Assembly (NCBI GenBank): GCA_965232515.1
Contig: CBDDPY010000002.1
Coordinates: 4,608,001-4,672,000 of the forward strand
DNA from: Alphaproteobacteria bacterium
GTDB lineage: Bacteria; Pseudomonadota; Alphaproteobacteria; GCA-2731375
Reading direction: 5' to 3'
DNA: 64,000 nucleotides
Position numbers and translations under genes: made by a program. Shown here one piece after another: positions 21,522 to 29,349 of the stretch (within the stretch, counting starts at the first letter, position 1; the number at the start of each line of letters is the position of its first letter). Under the pieces are notes generated by a model that saw only the letters and a list, made by a program, of their open reading frames with translations, did not search any database and was not told where the DNA came from.

Positions 21522-22271
21522 ATGCTGCTGCAGATGATGACCTGGAACGAGGTCGAGGCCCATCTCGAACGCTCGACGGCCGTGATCGTGCCGATCGGCT
21601 CGACCGAACAGCATGGGCCCAACGGCCTGATCGGCACCGATGCCCTGACGGCGGAATACATCGCCAAAGGGGTCGGCGAGGAGGTCGACGCCATCGTCGC
21701 GCCGACCATCTCCGTGGGCATGGCGCAGCACCATATGGAATTCACCGGCTCCATGACGCTGAAACCCTCGACCCTGATCCTGGTGATCAAGGAATGGGTC
21801 GAGAGCCTCGCCAAGCACGGCTTCACGCGGGTCTATTTCGTCAACGGCCATGGCGGCAACATTGCCACCATCAACGCCGCCTTCCAGGAGATCTATGCCG
21901 ATCAGAGCCTGGCTCGCGCCGGCAACCGGCCGGCCGTGCGCTGCCGGCTGCGCAACTGGTGGGACGGCAAGGACGTGCACGACTTCTGCCAGAACCTCTG
22001 GGGCGACAAGGACGGCTCGCACGCCACGATCTCCGAGGTCGCGGTCACGCAGTACCTGTTCCCCGATCACATCAAGCGCGCCGACGATATGGGCCCGCCG
22101 TCCGGCTGGCGCGGCGGCTTCGCCGACGCCGAGGACTATCGCGAGAAGTTCCCCGACGGCCGCATCGGCTCGCACCCGTATCTGGCGACGCCCGAGACCG
22201 GCAAGCAGATCTACGACATCGCCGTCAAGGACGTCGCCGCCGACTACCGCGCCTTCGCTGACGGGCGATAA
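21522..22271 (+). CDS. Creatininase family amidohydrolase
   Basis: PIGSTEQHGP...GTD, VNGHGGN, SHA..SE metal ligands. Confidence 0.92.
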   Translation: MLLQMMTWNEVEAHLERSTAVIVPIGSTEQHGPNGLIGTDALTAEYIAKGVGEEVDAIVAPTISVGMAQHHMEFTGSMTLKPSTLILVIKEWVESLAKHGFTRVYFVNGHGGNIATINAAFQEIYADQSLARAGNRPAVRCRLRNWWDGKDVHDFCQNLWGDKDGSHATISEVAVTQYLFPDHIKRADDMGPPSGWRGGFADAEDYREKFPDGRIGSHPYLATPETGKQIYDIAVKDVAADYRAFADGR

Positions 22272-22377
22272 TCGCGTAGCGAAAAAAATCACCACCAAGA
22301 CGCAAAGACACCAAGGTCAGACGTCGCGATCGCCGGACATCCTGCATGATCTTGGTGTCTTCGTGTCTTGGTGGTGA
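22272..22377. repeat. Long hairpin repeat unit, copy 1
   Basis: TCGCGTAGCGAA leader, then CACCACCAAGACGCAAAGACACCAAG ... CTTGGTGTCTTCGTGTCTTGGTGGTG. Confidence 0.8.
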
Positions 22378-22423
22378 AAAATCTGTTGCGCCGCTTAGTG
22401 CGGCCGGTCCGGTTGATTGCTGC

Positions 22424-23245
22424 TCAGCTCCGCGCCTGCTCGAAGACCGGCACGGCCCGTGGCATCAGGGCTTCCAGGCCGGCGATGCGCTGCTGGTCGG
22501 AGGGATGCGTTGACAAAAACTCGGGCGGTTGGCCGCCGCCTTTCGCCTGCGACATGTTCTGCCAGAAGCTGATCGACTGCCGCGGGTCGTAGCCGGCCCG
22601 CGCCATGTAGAGCACGCCGACCTGGTCGGCCTCCAGCTCCTGGCCGCGGGAATAGGGCAGGATCACGCCGTATTGCACGCCCGCGCCCAAGAGGCCGGCG
22701 ATTTGGTTCGCATACGCGATGTTGCCCGCCTCCAGCGCCGTCGACACCGCCTGCAGGCCCAGTTCGGAGGCCTGGGCGACGCCGATACGTTGCGCGCCGT
22801 GCTGTTCGGTGACATGGCCGATCTCGTGGCCCATGACGGTCGCGACGTGGGCATCGTTGTCCATGACGTTGAAGATGCCCTCGTAGAAGCCGACCTTGCC
22901 GCCGGGCAGCGCGAAGGCGTTGATCTGGTCGTTGCGGAAGACCACGAACTCCCAGTTCTGCTGGCCGAAGTCGTTCGCCGCCACCAGGCGTTGGCCGACC
23001 GCCTGCAGCCGTTGCTGCAAACCCGTATCGGGCGAGACCTCCTGCTCCTGCCGGATCCGCGTCCAGGTATCGAGGCCCAGCGCCTCCGCCTGCTGCGGCG
23101 AGATCGCCAGCAATTCGCCGGTCTGCGCGAGCTGCTCCGACGTGCAAGCCACCGTCACCGAACCCGCGGCGCCGATCAGCAGCACCAGCACCTGCCGCCG
23201 CCCGACACGGCGCGGCCGCCGCTCACAACACATCCCGGAATGCAT
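22424..23245 (-). CDS. M48 family metallopeptidase (LoiP-like, probable lipoprotein)
   Basis: INAFALPGGKV, GHEIGH, YSRGQELEAD, EFLSTHP; GRRQVL...VAC signal. Confidence 0.9.
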   Translation of the reverse strand: MHSGMCCERRPRRVGRRQVLVLLIGAAGSVTVACTSEQLAQTGELLAISPQQAEALGLDTWTRIRQEQEVSPDTGLQQRLQAVGQRLVAANDFGQQNWEFVVFRNDQINAFALPGGKVGFYEGIFNVMDNDAHVATVMGHEIGHVTEQHGAQRIGVAQASELGLQAVSTALEAGNIAYANQIAGLLGAGVQYGVILPYSRGQELEADQVGVLYMARAGYDPRQSISFWQNMSQAKGGGQPPEFLSTHPSDQQRIAGLEALMPRAVPVFEQARS

Positions 23246-23339
23246 CCCGTCCCTCGCCGTCGTTCAGTCACTCTCCCCAGAACAGATATAGTTTGCCGCC
23301 GACGTCGGCGGCAGAAACATTTCGGTGGCGCGCGGGGCT

Positions 23340-23447
23340 TCGCGTAGCGAAGGGGAAAAGAGACCGCCAAGACACGAAGGCACCAAGTTCACGTCGCCCT
23401 CGCACCAATCATTCGGCGTGATCTTGGTGCCTTCGTGTCTTGGCGGT
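23340..23447. repeat. Long hairpin repeat unit, copy 2
   Basis: TCGCGTAGCGAA leader, then ACCGCCAAGACACGAAGGCACCAAG ... CTTGGTGCCTTCGTGTCTTGGCGGT (perfect 25-bp stem). Confidence 0.8.
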
Positions 23448-23479
23448 GAGAATGACGGCTTCGCCGGATGACGGGCGAT

Positions 23480-23860
23480 TCAGGACGCGACCCGAACCTC
23501 CCCTTCCTTCACTTCGACCGGGTAGACCGTCAGGCCGCGGCCGAAGCAGGGGCCCGAAATGCAGTGGCCGGTGTCGATCTCGAATTGGGCGCCGTGGAAG
23601 CTGCATTCCAGGCGCCGGCGGTCCAGGCTCAGGAAATCGCCCGGCGGATGATCGAGCCGGGACAGCGCGTGCGGGCATTCGTTGACATAGGCGAACAGCG
23701 CGTCGCCCCGGCGCAGCAGGAACACGCGCTTCTGCCCGTCCCAGTCGAACCACAAGAGACGCAGGTTGCCGAGATCGGGATCGATGTCGTCCAGCCGGCA
23801 CAATACGTCGCCGGGCTGTGGCGCGGCCTCGAGCTTGATCAGGCCTGTCGCGTTGCCCAT
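23480..23860 (-). CDS. Rieske [2Fe-2S] ferredoxin
   Basis: NECPH and CSFHGAQF...SGPC Rieske ligands. Confidence 0.9.
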   Translation of the reverse strand: MGNATGLIKLEAAPQPGDVLCRLDDIDPDLGNLRLLWFDWDGQKRVFLLRRGDALFAYVNECPHALSRLDHPPGDFLSLDRRRLECSFHGAQFEIDTGHCISGPCFGRGLTVYPVEVKEGEVRVAS

Positions 23861-23883
23861 GGCGTGCCGCTCAAATCCCGTTC

Positions 23884-23948
23884 GTCGTACCGCCGCAGGC
23901 CGGTATCCATCTGATGTGCCCATGGATGCCGGCCTGCGCCGGCATGAC
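23884..23948. repeat. Alphaproteobacterial palindromic repeat (RPE/REP-like)
   Basis: GTCGTACCGCCGCAGGCCGGTATCCAT ... ATGGATGCCGGCCTGCGCCGGCATGAC. Confidence 0.7.
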
Positions 23949-23969
23949 CCAGAGATCGGTCGACACGGC

Positions 23970-24389
23970 TCAGCCCTTCACGCCGCCCATCTTGCAGATC
24001 AGCTTCCAGGACTTGGCGTCGACCGGCAGCACCGAAAGACGCGACTGCCTGATCAGCGGCAGCTCGGCCAGGCGTTCTTCGGCCTTGATGTCGGCAAGCG
24101 TCACCGGTTTCGGCACCGGCGCCACCGCGGCGACGTCGACCATGCCGAACCGGCCCGAGGCGTCGGTCGGATCGGGATAGTACTCCTTCACCACCTCGAC
24201 GATGCCGACGACCTGCTTTTCATTGACGGAGTGATAGAAGAAGGCGCGGTCGCCCTTCTTCATCGCCTTCATGTTGTTGGAGGCCTGGTAGTTGCGCACG
24301 CCGTCCCATTCGGCGCCCTTCTTGCCCGCTTTCACCTGATCGTCCCACGACCAGGCCCCGGGCTCCGATTTCATCAGCCAGTATTTCAT
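23970..24389 (-). CDS. EVE domain protein
   Basis: YWLMKSEP, WDGVRNYQA, FFYHS, RLSVLPV. Confidence 0.95.
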   Translation of the reverse strand: MKYWLMKSEPGAWSWDDQVKAGKKGAEWDGVRNYQASNNMKAMKKGDRAFFYHSVNEKQVVGIVEVVKEYYPDPTDASGRFGMVDVAAVAPVPKPVTLADIKAEERLAELPLIRQSRLSVLPVDAKSWKLICKMGGVKG

Positions 24390-24411
24390 TGCGCCTGCCG
24401 TCCCTTCGCGC

Positions 24412-24705
24412 TCATTCCGGCTTCAGCGTGCCGAGCGCGAAGCGCCAGGGCCGCACGGTAACGCTCTCGAACAGGCCAGCCTTGGCGAAGGGGTCGTTGG
24501 CGGCGAAATCCTCGGCATCCGCCAGGCTGTCCGCCTCGATGATCAACAGGCTGCCGCACATGGTCTCGTTGTCCTCCTGCAGCGTCGCGCCGCCGGCGAG
24601 GATCATCGCGCCCTTCGACTTCAGATAGTCGATATGCGCGGGCCGGGTCTCCTGGCGCACGTGCAGCCGTCCCGGCCGGTCGTTGCAGTAGATCGCGTAA
24701 TACAT
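24412..24705 (-). CDS. YciI family protein
   Basis: RPAHIDYL, GSLLII, DPFAKAGLF. Confidence 0.9.
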   Translation of the reverse strand: MYYAIYCNDRPGRLHVRQETRPAHIDYLKSKGAMILAGGATLQEDNETMCGSLLIIEADSLADAEDFAANDPFAKAGLFESVTVRPWRFALGTLKPE

Positions 24706-24741
24706 CGGTTTCGTCCCCTTGTTGTCCCGTCGGCTGTTTTA

Positions 24742-25734
24742 TCACACCGCTTCGGATTTGAACGGTCGCGACAGCAGGCCCTCGATGGTCGCGCCGATGT
24801 CGGCCCAGTGATTGACGACGCCGTCGACCGCGGTGCAGATCGGCATCTCGATGTTGAGCTTGCGCGCGGCGTCCGTCACGGCGCTCGCCGTATGCAGGCC
24901 TTCGGCGATGCTGCGGCGTCCGGCGATGAACGCGTCCAGGCGCTGGCCTTCGCCGAGCGCGATGCCCAGCGACATGTTGCGCGAGGTGTCGCTGTTGCAG
25001 GTCAGCGTCAGGTCGCCCAGGCCCGACAGGCCCATAAGGGTTTCGGGCCGGGCGCCGCGGGCGCGGCCGAAGCGCATGATCTCGGCGAGCCCGCGCGTCA
25101 TCAGCGCCGCGCGGGCGTTGTCGCCGAGCTGCCGGCCCTCGACGATGCCGCACGCAATGGCGATCACGTTCTTGATGGCGCCGCCGATCTGCGCGCCGAC
25201 CACGTCGTCCGTCAGATAGGGCCGGAAGGTCGGCCGGCCGATGGCCGCGACGATGGTGTCGCCCAGCTTGGCGTCGGCGCAGGCGAGCGTGACCGCCGTC
25301 GGCAGGCCTTGCGCCACCTCAATGGCGAACGTTGGGCCCGACAGCACGGCCACCGGCGCGTCGGGCATGGTCTCGGCCAGCACCTCGCTCATGAGCGCGT
25401 CGCTCGCCTGCTCGATGCCCTTGGCGCAAATCACGACGGGCGTGCCGGCTGTCGCATGCGGCGCCAGGTCGGCGCTGACCTCGCGCAGCTTCTGCGCCGG
25501 CGTCACCAACAGGATCAGGTCAGCCGCGCCGGCCGACGCCAGGTCCGTCGTCGCCTGGATGCGCGTATCGAGCGTCACGCCGGCGAGATAGTCAGGGTTT
25601 TCCCGGCGGTCGTTGACGGCCGCGACGACATCCGGGTTGCGCGCCCACAGCGTCACGTCCCGCGCGCCGCCGGCGATGGTCTGCGCCAGCGCCGTGCCCC
25701 AGGCGCCGCCGCCGATGACCGTGATTCGCTGCAT
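24742..25734 (-). CDS. gpsA: NAD(P)H-dependent glycerol-3-phosphate dehydrogenase
   Basis: IGGGAWGTALA, CAKGIE, LSGPTFA, GGAIKNVIAIACG, GLSGLGDLTLTC, SRN. Confidence 0.97.
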   Translation of the reverse strand: MQRITVIGGGAWGTALAQTIAGGARDVTLWARNPDVVAAVNDRRENPDYLAGVTLDTRIQATTDLASAGAADLILLVTPAQKLREVSADLAPHATAGTPVVICAKGIEQASDALMSEVLAETMPDAPVAVLSGPTFAIEVAQGLPTAVTLACADAKLGDTIVAAIGRPTFRPYLTDDVVGAQIGGAIKNVIAIACGIVEGRQLGDNARAALMTRGLAEIMRFGRARGARPETLMGLSGLGDLTLTCNSDTSRNMSLGIALGEGQRLDAFIAGRRSIAEGLHTASAVTDAARKLNIEMPICTAVDGVVNHWADIGATIEGLLSRPFKSEAV

Positions 25735-25885
25735 GCCGGGACCTTACGCCCTCGGCCCGCCGGAACTCAATCGTGCATGAACCAGTCCGGCTGATGTGGC
25801 CGAATTCCGACGAATTTTTCGCTTGACGCACCTGTGCATGGGGTTGTTCCGCTGTTTCCGGCGGGCGATACCCCCCTCCCGGCGC

Positions 25886-26323
25886 TCAGGACCGGGCGTG
25901 AATCATGTAGCGGCCGGGCGGGGCGTCGGTCCAGCCGTACTGCCGGTAGAGTTCGTGGGCGTCGTCGGTGGCGAGCACCATGCGGCGCAGGCCGGCAACC
26001 CGCGGGTCGGCCATGATCGTGCCGACCAGCCACTTGCCCAGGCCCTGGCCGCGATAGGCGTCAAGCACATAAACGTCGCTCAGCCAGCCAATGCGGCTGC
26101 CGTCGGTAACGACGCGCGCGAAGCCGATCTGCGCGCCGTCGTTCTCATCGGTCAGGTTGTAGACCAGGGCCGCGCGGATCGACTGTACGAGGTCGGCGCG
26201 CGCGACGTCATGCGCCCAGTACGCGGTCTGCAGGAAATCGCAGACCGCGTCGATATCTGTCGTCGCCGGATCGGTCGTGATCACGAACCCATCCCGGCGC
26301 CAGGATTGATGTGTCTCCGGCAC
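25886..26323 (-). CDS. GNAT acetyltransferase
   Basis: QIGFARVVTD, LSDVYVLDAYRGQGLGK, LATDDAHELY. Confidence 0.9.
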   Translation of the reverse strand: MPETHQSWRRDGFVITTDPATTDIDAVCDFLQTAYWAHDVARADLVQSIRAALVYNLTDENDGAQIGFARVVTDGSRIGWLSDVYVLDAYRGQGLGKWLVGTIMADPRVAGLRRMVLATDDAHELYRQYGWTDAPPGRYMIHARS

Positions 26324-26383
26324 GTGCCGACCCCATGCGCTGTCGTGGCTGCCGGCGCATCTTGCGCCGCCATCGCGTCACGC

Positions 26384-28477
26384 TCAAGTTCGCGCTGCCG
26401 CCGTCTCCTCGTCGTCGCGCCAGGCCCAGAGGTCGATCGGCTCTTCGCGGCCGCGGATCGCCTGGTCGGGAATGGCGAAGAAGCCGGCGAGGTCGGCCTC
26501 GACCGCCGGGTCCGCGGCCCGCGCCGCGTCGACCACAGCGTCCGACGCAATGATGGTGACCTTGTGGTTGCGGGTCAGCGCCTCCAGCCGGCTGGCGACG
26601 TTCACCGCATCGCCGGTGACGGTGAAGGAGAACTGCTGCTCGCCGCCGAGATTGCCCATCAGAACCGGCCCGTAATGCAGGCCGATGCCGATCTGCAGCG
26701 GCGTCTGGCCCTCGGCGGCGCGCTCGCGGCCCCAGACGGTCATGTCGTCGGCCAGCCGTTTGGCGCAGTGGATGGCGTTACCGGCATCCGCGAAGCCGGG
26801 CGCCGGCACGCCGAAGCAGGCCATGGCGCCGTCGCCCATATACTTGTCCAGCGTGCCGTTATTGGCGAACACGGCCCGCTCGACCACGCGGTGGAACTGC
26901 CGCAGCATCGCCACCGCCTCGGTCGGGCTCATATGCTCGCTCTGCCGGGTGAAGCCGACCAGGTCCACGAACATGATGGCGGCGTTCTGCATGCGGTCGA
27001 AGGTGAAGGGGTCGTCGCGGTCGGCGAGCGCCTGCACCACGGCCGGCGAGAAGTAGCGCGACAGGTTGCGGCGCTCGCGCTCCGCCAACCGGCGGCGGCG
27101 CTGCTCGACCAAGGCCCGGGCCAGCGAGAACCAGGCGAAGTTGAGCGCGATCGCCGCAGTCGGGAACACGAAGCTGATCCAGAGGTTGCCGGCGCCGAGC
27201 GCGACGGTGGTGATTACACCCCAGCCGGCCAGCAGGACCACCAGCGCCGGTCCGGTGATGGCGAGCGCCCCGAGGCCGGCCAGCGCCGCGCCGGCAAGAC
27301 CGCCGATCAGGATCGCCGCGATATCCAGTGCGGTCGACCGGTCGTCGCGGATCAGCACCCGGTCGTGCAGGATATTGTCGATCACGGTTGCATAATGTTC
27401 GGTGCCCGGCAGCGTTGGCGTGAACGGCGACGGAAAGGTGTCGCCGATGCCGAGCGCGGTGGCGCCGATCAGCACGATGCGGTCGCGCACCGCGTCGTCG
27501 GGCAGGCGGTCCTCCAGCAGATCGATGAAGGAGAAGGTTTCGAAGCTCCGGGTTGGGCCGTAGCTGTTGACCGGCAGCCGCATGGCGCCGTCGGTCGGCA
27601 CGAAGACGTCGCCGATCTGCACGCCCTCGCCGAAGGTGACGGATAGCGCGTTCCGCGGCAGACCGCGATAGGCGCGCACGGCCTCGATCGGCAGCGAGGG
27701 AAAGTACTCGCCGCGATAGCCGATCACCGGGCGCTCGTGACGCAGGCTGCCGTCGGCGTCGAGCAGGACCGTCACATGCGCCGTATGCGCGGCGCTGTCG
27801 ACGATGCGCGGCGCCGGCGCCAGCAACCCGACCGGCCGCGGCCGCTCGCCGAACAACGTCTCCGGCGCGTGCCGATACACGGCATAGGCCGCGGCCTCTA
27901 TGCGCCGCGGCAGATCGAAGACGTTGGCCTCGGCGGGATCGAAGACGAAGCTGAACGGGATCAGCACGTTGCCGGCGGCCGTGACGGCCGTGGCGAAGTT
28001 GTCGTCGGGACTGGCGACGCCAAGCAGACGATCGAGCTCGGCGGCGGCCGTCGCGGCATCCTTCGGCAGGCCGTCGCGGATCCGGCGCAGGGCGTCGGCG
28101 ATGTCATCGGCGATCGGAGTTTCCGGCTCGCTGAACAGCAGATCGAACACAACGACCCGCGCGCCGCCGGCCTGCAATCGGCGCACGGCGTCGGCCATGC
28201 GGTCGCGCGAAAACGGCCACTGGCCCAATCGGGCGACGGTGGCGTCATCGATCATCACCAGCGCGACGTCCGAGCCGGGCGTCGTTGGGCCGCGCGCCAG
28301 GAAACGCAGATTCAGGCTCTGCGTCTCCATCACCTCGAACGGATTCAACCGCCCCGCGGTGGCGTAGACCGCCAGGACGGCGAGCGTGATCAGCAGCGCG
28401 GCGGCAATGCGGGCGCCACGCCGCGACGGCGGGAGCGGATACGATCCGGACGGGTTAGTCGAGTTCGGTATCGGCAA
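26384..28477 (-). CDS. CHASE2-domain class III adenylate/guanylate cyclase
   Basis: CHASE2 (IDDATVARLGQWPFSR, VVVFDLLFSEP), TM segments, MFVDLVGFT, LDKYMGDG, GDAVNVASRLE. Confidence 0.92.
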   Translation of the reverse strand: MPIPNSTNPSGSYPLPPSRRGARIAAALLITLAVLAVYATAGRLNPFEVMETQSLNLRFLARGPTTPGSDVALVMIDDATVARLGQWPFSRDRMADAVRRLQAGGARVVVFDLLFSEPETPIADDIADALRRIRDGLPKDAATAAAELDRLLGVASPDDNFATAVTAAGNVLIPFSFVFDPAEANVFDLPRRIEAAAYAVYRHAPETLFGERPRPVGLLAPAPRIVDSAAHTAHVTVLLDADGSLRHERPVIGYRGEYFPSLPIEAVRAYRGLPRNALSVTFGEGVQIGDVFVPTDGAMRLPVNSYGPTRSFETFSFIDLLEDRLPDDAVRDRIVLIGATALGIGDTFPSPFTPTLPGTEHYATVIDNILHDRVLIRDDRSTALDIAAILIGGLAGAALAGLGALAITGPALVVLLAGWGVITTVALGAGNLWISFVFPTAAIALNFAWFSLARALVEQRRRRLAERERRNLSRYFSPAVVQALADRDDPFTFDRMQNAAIMFVDLVGFTRQSEHMSPTEAVAMLRQFHRVVERAVFANNGTLDKYMGDGAMACFGVPAPGFADAGNAIHCAKRLADDMTVWGRERAAEGQTPLQIGIGLHYGPVLMGNLGGEQQFSFTVTGDAVNVASRLEALTRNHKVTIIASDAVVDAARAADPAVEADLAGFFAIPDQAIRGREEPIDLWAWRDDEETAAART

Positions 28478-29084
28478 GCGCGGCGTTGACCCTGGCTTCG
28501 CCCCACTTGACCGGCGGGCTCGGCTCGCCGCCGACCACCACGTCGGTTCCGAATTCGGGCTCCAGCAGCACCGCGGCCGGCGGCTGATCCGTCGTTACCG
28601 CGACCAGGCCTTCGACGACGAAGACGCCTGTTTTGCCGTTGTTCGCCTCGACGATCCAGTCGGTGGACCGGACCGAGGCCACGGCCGCCTGGGTTCGGAT
28701 GTCGAACGGCGCCGGCGGATCGCCGCCCGTCACGGTTGCCCGGATAATGCCCCGAATCAATGTCAGAACGGCGCTCAACCGACTGTCGGCTTCGATAAGG
28801 ACGTATTCCGTAAGCTCGACCTCGCTGTCGGCGCCGATCGCGACCACGGTGCCGTCGACCAGCTGCAGCTTCACCCGCGCCTCGGGCCCGGTGACGATAC
28901 GATCGGTCTGAAAGACGGGTTCGCCGACGTCGAGCGACTTGATCGCGCCGTCCCGCATCGCCGTCACGTCGCCGCGCTGCTTCAAGACTTCGCCGACCCG
29001 ATCCACGTCTGCCAAAGCCGACGGTGTGGAATTGAGAAGCCAAACCAGTATCAGGGGAAGGGCGAGGTGTCGAAGCATGAACAT
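28455..29084 (-). CDS. Secreted FecR-domain protein
   Basis: Signal peptide; DRIVTGPEARVKLQLVDGT, IRTQAAVASVRST, VFVVEGLVAV; overlaps the cyclase start. Confidence 0.85.
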   Translation of the reverse strand: MFMLRHLALPLILVWLLNSTPSALADVDRVGEVLKQRGDVTAMRDGAIKSLDVGEPVFQTDRIVTGPEARVKLQLVDGTVVAIGADSEVELTEYVLIEADSRLSAVLTLIRGIIRATVTGGDPPAPFDIRTQAAVASVRSTDWIVEANNGKTGVFVVEGLVAVTTDQPPAAVLLEPEFGTDVVVGGEPSPPVKWGEARVNAALADTELD

Positions 29085-29279
29085 TTGTTAACTCTTTTGT
29101 CTTGCTGCCGTGTGTCAGCGGCTCGTTTCCATAGCCGTCGGGGAAATGTCCAGGCGATTCCCACCAGAATAGGCCAATTAGGTGACTGGTGTCGCGGTCT
29201 GCCGATTTTTCCGAGCGCGATCGGGGAAAGTTCGGCCGGAAACCCGTCATACTGGGATTCTATTAGAAAAACCAAAAGC

Positions 29280-29294
29280 TTAAATGCCTTTTAA
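29280..29294. promoter_or_regulatory. CtrA-type binding box TTAA-N7-TTAA
   Basis: TTAA-ATGCCTT-TTAA exact match in an AT-rich divergent intergenic region, about 55 bp upstream of the PAS kinase ATG. Confidence 0.6.
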
Positions 29295-29349
29295 TAGATT
29301 TCCGAGAAAATCCGCCCGCAACGTTCTCCACAACGAAATAGGAGAAACA

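Noticed and set aside
22272-23447. Repeats considered as a CRISPR array or integron attC sites
   Set aside because: Only two units about 1 kb apart, no regular spacers, no cas or intI gene, no RYYYAAC/GTTRRRY cores
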